A DNA stretch of 64,000 nt, from positions 30,441,360 to 30,505,359 of the forward strand of contig NC_043019.1 of NCBI RefSeq assembly GCF_006345805.1, read 5' to 3'. The DNA is from Octopus sinensis (lineage: Eukaryota). The position numbers and the translations under genes were made by a program. Under the pieces are notes generated by a model that ran no database searches, had not been told where the DNA came from, and was given only the letters and a program-made list of their open reading frames with translations. Each line of letters starts with the position of its first letter. The first letter of the stretch is position 1. This document shows positions 39,476-52,165 of the stretch, in pieces.

Positions 39476-39480
39476 ATATG

Positions 39481-39534
<54 letters not shown>

Positions 39535-39810
39535 TAACAGATGGCTAGAATAATTTGATGTGTTATGTTCTTGAATAAAACACTTCATTTCATGTTGCTT
39601 CAGTCCACTCAGCTGGCAAAAATGAGTAATCCTGTAATGGACTGGTACCCTATCCAGGTAGGGAATATATACACCAGGAAACCAAGAAACTGACCCTTAT
39701 GAGTCGGCATCACTCAAAAAGGTAACTTTACCTTTGTTTTTACTGTAGGGAAGTGAGGGTTGGGGTTTGCCAACCACTAGACTGGAAGTTAAAACAACAT
39801 TGATCTATAT

Positions 39811-40080
39811 CAGTGGTTCTTGACCAGGGCCCATATGGCTCTTATGGGTTCCTTACGGCCCTTGGAAGAATCCATATAAAATTTATTAGAATTTATGTTC
39901 AATAAACTGGTTATATTTCTACAATACACAAAACATTTAAACATCTTTTTACACAATTCCTTACCATATTTAATTATGAAAATAGGAGTTTTTAGATATC
40001 TAATGGCTATGAGGGTCCAATTCACTGACTAAAACAGGAATCAAAGAGGTCCATAGGCAAAAAATGGTTGAGGACCACTG
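39811..40080. mobile_element. 270-bp hAT (Charlie-like) MITE
   Basis: TIRs CAGTGGTTCTTGACCA / TGGTTGAGGACCACTG; perfect 8-bp TSD ATCTATAT at 39803-39810 and 40081-40088. Confidence 0.9.
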
Positions 40081-41047
40081 ATCTATATTGATCCATATTC
40101 TTTTTCAAGAAGTAGGTCATGTGAGATGTGGCTAATCCAGTGGGGTTATAGTACTTAAATTATCCAAGGTAATTTTTTGTTGGTGCACCAGCACCGAGCT
40201 GTGGATTATTTTGTACACAGAAAGAGTAAATTTTAAGATTTTATCACTATTTTATAGAATATTGTAGTTTGCAGGGTGTTTTTGCAGTATATATGTATTA
40301 TATATAAGGACATCCAGCTGTAGGAACATTGCCAGATTGGACTGGAGCCTGGTGCAGCCTTCTGGCTCACCGGCTCTCAGTCAAACTGTCCAACCCATGC
40401 CAGATGGAAAGCGGATGTTAAACGATGATGATGATGTGATCCCTATTGAACGATTTTTTTCTTTTTCCTTTTATTTTTTAAAAAATTTATTATTATTATT
40501 TTTATTTTATTTTTTTTATTTATTTTTTTTTTTTTGCTTTCCTCTTTCTTTCCATTTACGATCCCTTTTGATCGAAAACCAACCCACCTTTTTTTATCCC
40601 CAAAAAGAAAAGCTCTACCTTGTAATTTGTCCCGTCTGTGTGCAGCCCTGTGTGGCTAATAAAGAAACATATATATTGTGCATTTTATTGTTTTGCTATG
40701 CATGTGATCCCCCACTCTATCAATTGATTGTCATGCATGTCACCAGTCAGTGGTGCTGAAAAAAGTTGGGGAATGCTAGTCTAAGGTAACCTGTTTCTGC
40801 TCTAGACTGGTACTTTATCAGTCCAGGAGGGATGAAAGGTATAGTTAGCCTCAATGAGATCTGGACTCAGAGTGCCAGGCACCAGAAAAAATATAATTGA
40901 ATATTTCATTCAATGTTCTAACAATTTGGTCAATTCACCAAGTTGGCCCAAATCAAATAATTGTCAGCTGTGGTGACCATCCTGTCTTTTATTCAGACAC
41001 TGTGTATTTAGTACCACATTATCAATTAAGTCCTTCTTTTTAAAAAA

Positions 41048-41358
41048 TAATAATGAAATTATTGTATACAGTGCTCAGGTGCACCACAACTTGTCAAAAC
41101 TGCATATAAAGTATATGCAGTAATGTACAAATGTCTGGAAAGCGAACAGTGTATGAGTCAGATACATGCTTGTGTGTGTATGGAGGGGAGAAAATCAGGT
41201 GTAGTGTTGGTGAATCTCAGGAAGCATGGATGTTTTGAAGGATGCAGTGCTCCGACAACTAACCACTGATGCCGGCAGTCTGTTCCATGCTTCAGCAACT
41301 CTTAGCGTGAAAAAATGTTTCCGAAAGTCATGGGAGCTATGCTGTTTTCTGACTTTAT
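41048..41358 (-). mobile_element. CR1-clade LINE 3' end with 3' UTR
   Basis: The minus strand encodes KVRKQHSSHDFRKHFFTLRVAEAWNRLPASVVSCRSTASFKTSML, the typical CR1 ORF2 C-terminus. Confidence 0.85.
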
Positions 41359-42639
41359 GATAGGATGATGTGATTTGTGAGAAAGCTAAACCAAATTTCT
41401 AGTAAGTTGAGCTGTAACATGTAAGTTCAAGACAATAATATAATATTGATAGGATATCAACTGAGCTGATATAAGGAAATAATATTTAGAACAGGTACAA
41501 TAGGGGCCTCAAATTTTGACACAAGGCCAGTAATTTCAGGGAAGTGGGTAAGTCAATGATATTGAGCCTAGAGCTCAACTGGTACTTATTTTATCAACCC
41601 CAAAAGGATGAAAGGTAAAGATGACATCCATGGAATTTGAGCTTTGACCATAAAAATAGAATGCTGCTGAGTATTTTGTCTGATGGGCTAATGGTTCTGC
41701 CAGGTTGCCGCCTTTAGTACAGGTATAATACTAAATAATGGAAAATAGAAGAGGACTTATTTCATCGACCCCGAAAGGATGAAAGGTAAAGTCAACCTTG
41801 GAGGAATTTGAGCGCAGACCATAAAAACAGATGAAATGCTGCTAAGCACTTTGTCCAGCAGGCTAACGGTTTTGCCAGCTTGCCGCCTTTAGTACAGGTA
41901 TGATATTAAATAATAGAAAATAACGGAGGTCATATGCATACAATTGACCTTCTTTCAGTTTAATTCAACTGTAAAGTAGAGATTTCCTTCATGAGTTGCT
42001 AGGATTGGCAATCAGATTAAATGAACTTTTCTCTGACCTTAAATGGTCACGATAAACAACTATCCTGGTAACTGAGATTAAGTATACAATATATATTATA
42101 TATATATATATATAGATTTGGTGAAAAATGTGGATGACCCACGTCAGCAAATGGTAAGTACAGAAAGTTCACAAACTGGAATAAGAATTTAGAGAATAAA
42201 TTAATCACTAAAATTTTCTACTTGAAATTCCCCACTTTTTTGGGGAAAGGGAAATTAACTTGTATCACTTTGTGAATGTTTGGTACATACAGACAGACAG
42301 ACACACACACACACACATGGAGGTTTCTACACAATTTTCAGGATACAGTAATGGTTAAGTTTTTTGTGAATGGAAGTTGAATATTTTCCACATGAATCCA
42401 AATGTTGTATAAGCTTTTGTAAGACTGAGAACCAAAGCACCAATTCATAATGTGTGGGGAAGCATCATAAAAAAGAGTATAATAAATAATTCAAGAAAAA
42501 GTGGAATTGCATGTGTTTAGACAGATTAAGTCCCTTGAATTATTTAATGTACCCAAAATAAAAAGGGATTTGGAAAAAATAAATAAGAATACACATACAC
42601 CTAATATATATATATTCAACATGCTCAAATATTTTTTCC

Positions 42640-42818
42640 TCTGTCTTCCCTCCTTGGGACCTTCCCTTCTCCTTGTTTCCGACGAAGAGCTCCGCTCGAA
42701 ACGTTAAGCCCTACTTCCCTTCTTTCCTGAGCGTCAATAATACTTTAATTGTTCCACGTCCTGCGTTGCTGTGTTTTTTCCCTTTTTTTCTGTGTTTTCT
42801 TGTTTGGATTAACTTTAT
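42640..42818 (+). mobile_element. Penelope-like terminal fragment with hammerhead-like motif (42675-42709)
   Basis: GUUU-CCGACGA-A-GAGC(UCC)GCUC-GAAA-CG-UU^-AAGC. Its 3' part is homologous to 29292-29368; both end in (TA)n. Confidence 0.55.
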
Positions 42819-43154
42819 ATATATATATATATATATATTTCCCAACCACAGGGTTCTGGGTTCAGTCCCACTGCATAAAACCTTGGGCAAGTGTCTTCTA
42901 CTGTAGCCTAATGCTACAGTATTGTGAGTGGATTTGGTAGATGGAAACAGAAAGAAGCCTATCATATATATAGATATTTTCCTGGGAATGAATTACGATT
43001 TATAACATTGCTACTATGGGAAATTATTGCTCTGCTTTAGGAGTGGTCTCCAGAAACAAATAACTCATATATCGATGCATTACAGTATATATATATTAAC
43101 ACACACACACACACACCTGTGATTAATATGATTTAATTACATCGTTATTTATAT

Positions 43155-43575
43155 CTCTCTTTTTACTCTTTTACTCTTTTACTTGTTTCAGTCATTTGAC
43201 TGCGGCCATGCTGGAGCACCGCCTTTAATCGAGGGACTCGACCCCGGGACTTATTCTTTGTAAGCCCAGTACTTATTCTTTCGGTCTCTTTTTGCCGAAC
43301 CGCTAAGTAACGGGGACATAAACACACCAGCATCGGTTGTCAAGCAATGCTGGGGGACAAACACAGACACACAAACACACACACGCATATATATATATAC
43401 ATATATACGACGGGCTTCTTTCAGTTTCCGTCTACCAAATCCACTCACAAGGCTTTGGTCGGCCCGAGGCTATAGTAGAAGACACTTGCCCAAGGTGCCA
43501 CGCAGTGGGACTGAACCCAGAACCATGTGGTTGATAGACAAGCTACTTACCACACAGCCACTCCTGCGCCTATAT
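43155..43575 (-). mobile_element. SINE family B, full length
   Basis: Complete head-to-tail match to the family motifs. Confidence 0.9.
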
Positions 43576-43865
43576 GTTTTTATCCATTTGGTTTTAATTA
43601 GTTAATTTCATCTTTGCATATGCATTCAGTCACCACATTATTTATTAACTTGTTTTTCTTTCCACACTTGTCCAATCCAGTGCTTTCTTATTGTTTTCTT
43701 TATCTCAATATTCATTTTAGGAATTTCCTGTCTTTTTCCTCAAGTTTCATTCCAAGATTGATGTCAAATTTGAAGTTACAAGTTACTTTCAATGTATACA
43801 TGTGTGTGGGTGTGCATGCATACATACGTACATATACATATACATACATATATATATATATATAT

Positions 43866-44041
43866 ATATTTTATAATTAGGGCTCAGCAAAGATTTGCTT
43901 GACCACATACCAAAGTTTAGAAATAGCAGCCAGAGAACCTTAGCTATTTCCTCTACTTTAAAGCTAAGGTTCTCTGGCTGCTATTTCTAAACTTCGGTAT
44001 GTGGTAAAACAAATCTTTGCTGAGCCCTAATTATAAAATAT
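43866..44041. repeat. Near-perfect inverted repeat, 80-bp arms, 16-nt loop
   Basis: Arms 43866-43945 and 43962-44041 differ at 3 positions. Confidence 0.95.
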
Positions 44042-44141
44042 TACTTAAATTTACCGAGAAATGGTCCCTTTTCATGCCGAATTCTACTTGGTGAAATTAT
44101 TGATTACTAGTTAATTAATTAATTTTACCCTTTGTTATTAT

Positions 44142-44190
<49 letters not shown>

Positions 44191-44849
44191 CATAATCTGC
44201 TTATTTGTTTGTCTGTTATACTTTAGTTAGTTAGAGAGGTGGAAGTGGAGTGAGTGAGAGGTGGAGTAAAAGTGAGGGACAGAGGGGGGAGAAATGTGAG
44301 TAGAGAAGAAAGAAGAGAGGAGTATAATAATACACTAAGGCCAAATGTATCATGGGCTTAGTTGAAGGGAGGAGCAAAGAGGGAGAGAAAAAGACGGTGA
44401 GAGAAAAGTGGGAGAGAGAAGTATTAATGGCATACTGTAGGGTAGGAAGGGAAAGGTGAAGAGGGGAATTATATGGTTAAAAAGTTTGTTGAAGAAGTAG
44501 AGAGAAATATAAAGTGCTTAGCAGAGGGAATTTTTAAAATCATATAAAATATTATTGTGACTGGAAGTGAAATAACTTAGCAAAATAGAAATATAAATCA
44601 TCCTTTCTTTCTTAAATAACTTCTCTTCCTTTTTTCATTTTCTCTTCCTCTTTTTTCTTTCTTTCTTTCTTTCTTCTCTCTTCCCTATTCATTTTGACCA
44701 ATACTTTTCTCCTCCTTCTAAAATACACATCTATTCTCTTCTCTGTATCTACTTACCCCTACCAGTAAGTTCTCAAAATTTCATTCACTCCACAAGACCC
44801 TTTTGAATGAACAGCACATGGAATCTATCTCTCCACTCTTTCCATTTCT

Positions 44850-45200
44850 AATAACAAAATATGAATTCCTATTGGAATCTACTTACCATGGACAAGAAGC
44901 ATTTCTGCCCATTTTACACACCACTTTCCTTGGATAATGGAACCAACTGTAACATCCTACATATATTTTTGATTTTACTTTTATTCTCTTATTTCCCTTT
45001 ATACTTCCTATATCCATGCTCTTCCAAAATAATTCCTTATATTGAACTCTATTTCCCTCTATTTAACTCTCTCATATCATCTCTGATGAAGGGATATCCC
45101 TAATATCCCAGAAACAGCTGTAAAACTAACTTTCTCTTTATAAATGTCCTAAAAACTCTACATAGCCTTGGCTTTGTTGTCTCATTTTATTTAACACACA
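44850..45200 (+). mobile_element. Penelope-like 3' remnant with hammerhead-like motif at 45083-45122
   Basis: Possible GIY-YIG C-terminal echo (LTMDKKHF..YTPLSL), then CUGAUGA-A-GGGAUAU(CCCUA)AUAUCCC-A-GAAA-CAGCUG-UA. Confidence 0.55.
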
Positions 45201-46320
45201 CTCACACATATATATAATGTGTGTGTATGTTTGGGTATATATATGTATGTGGATGTTTATGTCTAACTATCTTTGAGTTTGGAGGTTTTCAAACTATGTT
45301 GATATAAAGACAGTGTTTCTGCTGGAATTGTTATTAAATTACCATTTAATGGTAATTATAAAGTTATAAGATGGCTACATTAATGAATAACTAAAAATTC
45401 ATGACACACAGCAACGATGTCAGTTATTTTGTATATATGAATAATATATCTGGCTGATGAAATCAATGAAAGCTAAGAGGTTTGTGGCAAAATCATATTG
45501 CATCATTATTTTTTAAAGTTACTTCTTGTGTCTCAAGTATTGTAGAAAGGCTTTGTCTGATGCAATTTTTATCCTTTATGAAAAAAAAAAACGTAGATTG
45601 GGGAAAAGGCTAATGCAAAATAGGAGATTAAAAATTATTATTACTATTATTATTATTATTATATTTTTTGCAAATGCCAGACTTGCTAAATAAGCCTAAT
45701 AAATGATTAGATTAAGTATATAAGGTAGCTAATTTTTATTTCATATTTATTGTGTGTGTGTGTGTGTGCACTTATGCATGTATAATCACACACTCACATA
45801 TATACACACAAAAGCAGTACATGTTGTAAATACCTGTGAACTTTCAAAAGTAAGAAAATCAATATTGATAGATCACTGACATCTGAAATGATTTTGTATC
45901 AGCTGTTCACTATGTCAAACATCCATAGAAATGTACATGTGATCGCTTGCATCTTTCCCCAATACATACCTACACACACACAGTGCTGGCAAGGCCGTGT
46001 AGTAAGTACCTTTGGCCTTCACACAGGAGCCCCGAATGGCCTCTGCAGATAGCTGTGGAGGTCATAACGTTGTGCGTGTTACAAAGGCTGAAGGGACTAA
46101 AAGAGGAATATCGCTCGTGGCCGGGTGATGCTGACTCGAAGCCCGCCTTGATTTTAAAGCAAGCATGGGCGATGGTGGAATACATGGGCACAAGCGATGA
46201 TGAAGCGGAAAATTGACAAGAAGTTGAAAAGCCTCAGTGTTTTAATGTGTAAGAGGCTCAGCGCCTCATTTGTAAATGGACTAGTGTTGATTGTATTTTG
46301 AATATTTTATTGTATGTTAT

Positions 46321-46529
46321 ACTCTTTTACTTGTTTCAGTCATTTGACTGCGGCCATGCTGGAGCACCACCTTTTAGTCGAGCAAATCGACCCCAGGACT
46401 TATTCTTTGTAAACCTAGTACTTATTCTATCGGTCTCTTTTTCCGAACTGCTTATTTACGGGGACATAAACACACCAGCATCGGTTGTAAAGCAATGTTG
46501 GGGGGACAAACACAGACACACAAACATAT

Positions 46530-46574
<45 letters not shown>

Positions 46575-46734
46575 TACGATGGGCTCTTTCAGTTTCCATC
46601 TACCAAATCCACTCACAAGGCTTTGGTTGGCCTGAGGATATAGTAGAAGACACTTGCCCAAGGTGCCACGCGGTGGGACTGAACCCGGAACCATGTGGTT
46701 GGTAAGCAAGCTACTTACCACACAGCTGCTCCTA
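46321..46734 (-). mobile_element. SINE family B, full length, with a 23-bp TSD
   Basis: TTGAATATTTTATTGTATGTTAT at 46298-46320 and 46735-46757. Confidence 0.92.
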
Positions 46735-47714
46735 TTGAATATTTTATTGTATGTTATTGTATGTTATTATTTGTAATGGACTATTAAGCCCAATAATTGT
46801 AAAAACTCTAGCAAGAGGTTCAATACTGTGTTTTGTTTTTATCTGTTGGAAAAGAAGAAGAATAATGTTTTAGAGAAGCATCAATATCATCCTTTTTTCA
46901 TCATTCACCTCATCAATGTATGTGTCCAGCCCGCAAGGTACTTTTTGTAATGCCTTTATGACAAATCTTAATGAAATAAAGTAGCTTACTTCCTAACCAC
47001 ATGGTTTGAGGTTCAGTCCCTCTGCATGGGATCTTGGGCGAGTGTCTTCTTCTGTAACCTCAGGCTGACCAAAACCTCATGAGTGGATTTCATAGGTAGA
47101 AATTAAAAGGAGCCTGTCGTGTGTGTGTACACCTTTGTGTTTGTCCCCCACCACTGCTTGACAACTGGTGTTAGTGTGTTTACATCCCGTAACCTAGTGG
47201 TTTGACAAAAGAGGCTGACTGAATAAGTACAAGACTTAAAAAAATTAGTGCTGTGGTCAGTTTATTTGGCTAAAAGTTCTTCACGTCAATGCCCCAGCAT
47301 GGCCACAGTCTAATGACTAAAACAAGTAAAAATATAAAAGATAAAAGATAAAATAAAAGAGGTAGCACACATATAGTCAAAGACATTCAACCATGACCGG
47401 CACATCTTTTTTTTTTAACTATTTAGGAGTCCCCTGCTATTTCTAGCAGCTTGAGCAATTATGTAAATGCTCCCTCATTAGCTCATGGTGATTGGTTGGT
47501 GGGTTGGAATTCAGTGTGAAAACTATATAGCTGTTTCTTTCTTTTTTTGTTTGTTTTTATCTGTGTCTTGTTTCAGCTTACTGCTCAGCTCAGTCGTATG
47601 TCAGATTCATGTGTACTTTAGTGTTATTATGTTCTCTAATAGTCTCATGCAGGTGTCTGCTGCAACACCGGCTTAACCATTATCATTATTCTCAGGTGTT
47701 ACATCACATTACTA

Positions 47715-47933
47715 CTCTCTCTCTTACTCTTTTACTCTTTTACTTGTTTCAGTCATTTGACTGTGGCCATGCTGGAGCACCGCCTTTAGTCGAACAAATC
47801 GACCCCAGGACTTATTCTTTGTAAGCCTAGTACTTATTCTATCGATCTCTTTTGCCGAACTGCTAAGTTATGGGGATGTAAACACACCAGCATCGGTTGT
47901 CAAGCAATGTTGGGGGGACAAAGAGAGACACAA

Positions 47934-48012
<79 letters not shown>

Positions 48013-48180
48013 TACGACGGGCTTCTTTCAGTTTCTGTCTACCAAATTCACTCACAAGGCTTTGGTTGGCCTGAGGCTATAGTAGAAAACACTTGCCAAG
48101 GTGCCACACAGTGGGACTGAACCCGGAACCATGTGGTTTGCAAGCAAGCTACTTACCACACAGCCACTCCTACACCTGCT
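47715..48180 (-). mobile_element. SINE family B, full length
   Basis: Family motifs. Further copies at 46985-47360 (+), 59528-59985 (+) and 61910-62305 (+). Confidence 0.85.
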
Positions 48181-48801
48181 GTATACAACATCAGTTTTTT
48201 TCCCTTTATTATTAGGTTTGTTTTGTTTCTCATACTATTTCAGTGTGTCGTTTGTTGTGAAGAATATGTGCAATGTCGTCATCATCATCATCATCATTAC
48301 CATCATTACCATTTGACATCCGCTTTCCATGTTGGCATGGGTTGGATAGTTTAAAAGGAGCTGGCAAGCCGGAGGACTGCACCAAGCTCTAATGTCTGCT
48401 TTGGCATGTCTTCTACAGCAGGTTGCCCTTCCTAATGCCAACCACTTTAAGAGGTGTACTGGGTGCTATTTACATGGCACCAGCACCAGCAAGGTCATCA
48501 GGCAACCAGCAAAACAAAGACCTCCACCCCACCTCAGCTGTGGTGAGGAGTAGTATAGAGGGAGGTGGCTTTGTGCTACGTGATGATAGAAAGACAGAAA
48601 TGGGTGTCTTGCTGTTGAGGAGATATCTTAATTGGAAAAGAGAAAGGAGAGGAGAACATGCACACATATGATCAGTGGCATTGCGGTCATAGTCTGGGCA
48701 TCTTGTTTTGATGTGTTTCGGATAATGGTGACTGATCTTTTTAGCCTGAGGTGTCAAAACTTTAATTTCTCTAATAATTTTATTTTTGCATTAAAAGCTT
48801 A

Positions 48802-49023
48802 CTGGCAGAAGCGTTAGCACGCTGGGCGAAATGCTTTGCGGTATTTCATCTGCTGTTACGTTGTGAGTTCAAATTCCACCGAGGTCGACTTTGCCTTTCA
48901 TCCTTTCGGGGTCGATAAATTAAGCACCAGTTGCGCACGGGGGTTGATGTAATTGACTTAATACCTATGTCAGTCCTTGCTTGTCCCCTCTATGGTTAGC
49001 CCCTTGTGGGTAATAAAGAAATA
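48802..49023 (+). mobile_element. SINE family A, near full length
   Basis: A-box-like CTGGCAGAAGCG, B-box GAGTTCAAATTCC, core GCCTTTCATCCTTTCGGGGTCGATAAAT, AATAAAGAAATA tail. Similar copy at 57475-57660. Confidence 0.85.
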
Positions 49024-49689
49024 AGTAAATGTTTATAGATAGGTTTTTTTGGAGGTGTATGTGCCAGGCAACTAATTTGATCTGAGACCACGTGTTGAAG
49101 CTAAAATGATTGCAGTATGGAAGATGTGTGTTAGCCATTCAGAAATACACATTGACTGTTGACTTCACTTAAAACATTTATTATTTGATATCAGAATTGT
49201 AATTTCTTTAATAATTTAGGTGAATGTTTATAGATAAGGTCTTCAGAGCTGTACTTGCCAAGCAAGTTGTTAACCTAAAACCGTGTATTGAAACTAAAAT
49301 GATAGTAGCATGGAAGATATATATTACGGAGATGTACTCGCATAGCAAGTGATTTGATTTGAGATTGTGTGCTGAAACGAAAACAATTGCAGCGTGGAAG
49401 GTGTTTGTAAGCCATTTAAGAAACACACAAAAGCCGTTTGATTCACTTCAACATTTAAGTTTAATTTGTCAAAATATTTTCGTCACTATAGCCATTCACA
49501 AACATAAAAACTGTTAACTTCCCTTAAGCATTATTTCATGAAGGTGTGTGGCTTAGTGGTTAGAGGTATTTGGCTCACGATCATAAGGTTATGAGTTCAA
49601 TTCCTGGCAGCGCATTGTGTTCTTAAGCAAGATTCTTTGCTCCAGTCCACTCCACTCAGCTGCAAAAATGAGTAGTACCTGTGTCATAC

Positions 49690-50037
49690 TGAATTGCCGG
49701 TGTCACTTAACTGGGACCCATGCCGGTGGCATGTAAAAAGCACCCTTCAAACATTGGGCCTCACAAAGGCAATGGTAAGTGACTGAGACCTTTGGTAATA
49801 TGATGTGCTTGAGAAGACCCATCAAGTGAAATCATAATCATGGCTGATACTGGTGGCACATAAACAGCACCCATTACACTCATGGAGTGGTTGGCGCTAG
49901 GAAGGGCATCCAGCCATAGGAACCATGCCAAATCAGATTGGAACCTGTTGTAGCCCTTCACCTTACCAGTTTTAGTCAAACCACCTAATCCATGTCAGCA
50001 TGGAAACCAGACACTAAATGATGATGATGATGATGAT
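49690..50037 (+). mobile_element. RTE-clade LINE extreme 3' end
   Basis: ORF-end remnant (GLTKAM..DLW..VLEKT), the GGTGGCACATAAACAGCACC unit, AGGAAGGGCATCCAGC and a (GAT)n tail. Confidence 0.75.
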
Positions 50038-50440
50038 GTGTCTGTGGAGTGCTCAGGAACCTTCACATTAATTTCACGAGCCAGCTGGTCCATTCATCAG
50101 ATAAACTGGAATCCTCATCGTCACAACTGACTGAGTGCCAGATTTGTTATATACTGTAAAATAATAGAGATTAGGTGAAATGTATCCTTGTCATTAAACA
50201 GCTTGCAGTTCACACACTAAATATTTTGATGCCAGATAATCAACAGTAAATGTTTAAATGAAGTTAATAGTCTTTATGTGTCTTTGAATGGCTAACATGT
50301 CTTCCATGCCGTAATCATTTTATAAATAAGTTTTTTATTACACGATATGGCAGGGAGAATTTTTTCTTTTTCAAAGAACGTCTTGAATCACCTAAAAACC
50401 TGCAACATGTCACTTAGTAGTGCCATAGTTTTACCATTGT

Positions 50441-50772
50441 GAAGGCGCATGGCTCAGTGGTTAGAGCGTCGAGCTTACGATCGTAAGGTTGTGAGTTCGA
50501 ATCCCGGACCGAGCTGCGTGTCGTGTTCTTTAGCAAGACACTTTATTTCACGTTGCTCCAGTTCACTCAGCTGTAGAAATGAGTTGCGACCTCACAGGGT
50601 CCAAGCTGTATCGGCCCTTGCCTTTCCCTTGGATAACTCTTGTGGCATGGAGAGGGGAGGCCGGTATGCATGGGCGACTGCTGGTCTTCCATAAACAACC
50701 TTGCCTGGACTTGTGCCTGGGAGGGTAACTTTCTAGGTGCAATGCACGGTCAGTCATGACCGAAGGGGGTCT
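50441..50772 (+). mobile_element. SINE family C, near full length, well-preserved tRNA-like head
   Basis: A box TGGCTCAGTGG, B box GAGTTCGAATCC, family middle region and a (TCAA)n tail. Confidence 0.85.
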
Positions 50773-52130
50773 CAATCTCAATCAATCAATCAGTTTTACC
50801 ATTATTTATCTAGGACTATGTCATCTAATTCGTGTCTTTGTATCTTTTTTAACAAAATAGTGGAGTGTAATTTAAAGGACATTTGGCTGCTGTTTCTAAC
50901 AATATGCACAACCACGACAATATGGATAACCAAGGTAAATAAGAGAACTTCTCTTATTTACCTGGGTTGTCTTCAGAATAGTTTCCTGCAGCCTACTTCA
51001 GGACTTCTGTACCATTTTAACTCCACACTGCAATCATCTAGCTGAATCATCAGAAACTATTTATTGATTTATCCAGTGATAATTACCATTAATGATTTAT
51101 TGATTATAATCGATAGATTAATGATTCTTAAAATAAAAATATCGATTGATAGCAGATTGGTGTTGCTGGCTTCAGGGAGCTGTACTTAAGTAGGATTTGA
51201 ACTCAGCACTGCAATATCTACAAAATACAACAATGAGCAGTGCCTAATCATGGTACCTATACACGATCATTTGATCTCCTAGAAACAATAGCTATATGTT
51301 CTTTAATTCATGCCCTACTGTCTTAAAAACACACACACTCTCTCCCCCACTCACGCACACACACACTCAATAATGTGATCTAAGATATTGTCTGAAAAGC
51401 ATAACAGGATGGTCATAGCTGGAATATCTTTGATCATAAACTTGTTTCATTAAAACTGCCTGGGGTTAAAACACAACAATAATCTCTATATATCTATTTA
51501 TAAACGAGAGAACCTCTACTCAACCTGCTAGAAATAACAGCTAATTCTCCCTCGAATCACACTTTAACTCTTTCAAACAAAAGACATGCTAGATAATGTA
51601 ATTCCAGAAATCCCTAAAAGAAAAAAAACAGGTTGGTCATGGCTGGTAAGCCCTCTGATTATAGATTATTTTTTTCTGCCAAGGTTGACCTAGAGCTGAA
51701 GCAAACAACTTGTTTTGTGGATAGGTGAACCGGATCAACAAAAGTTAACATAGCACATCTATGGATGGACAATGTGTGGTGAACATTTTATTAACCTATT
51801 TACAATACTCTTACTCATCACTAATTAATCTCTTTAATAGAGTTAAGTAATTAACATTACTGCTGTTCGACCCAGATTTTCCTTCTCTGTTAACAAACTG
51901 AGATAGTTAAATCATATGTTTGCATGTGTGTGTACACACATATTTTGGTCGAGTCAGTCTCTTGCTGTTTTGAGTTTCACCTGCAAGTGTACAGGATCTT
52001 CAAGCATATCCCATGCAGCCACAGGTGAAACTCAGAGTAGCAAGAGACTGACTCAGCCAAAATACACTATATTATTAACGTCTACTTTGTTATTGAGTAT
52101 TTTTTTCTTCTAACAGTTACTACTAAAAGA

Positions 52131-52165
<35 letters not shown>

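Noticed and set aside
50441-50513. tRNA gene
   Set aside because: A and B boxes are present, but there is no acceptor-stem pairing or normal anticodon loop, and it continues into a SINE body.
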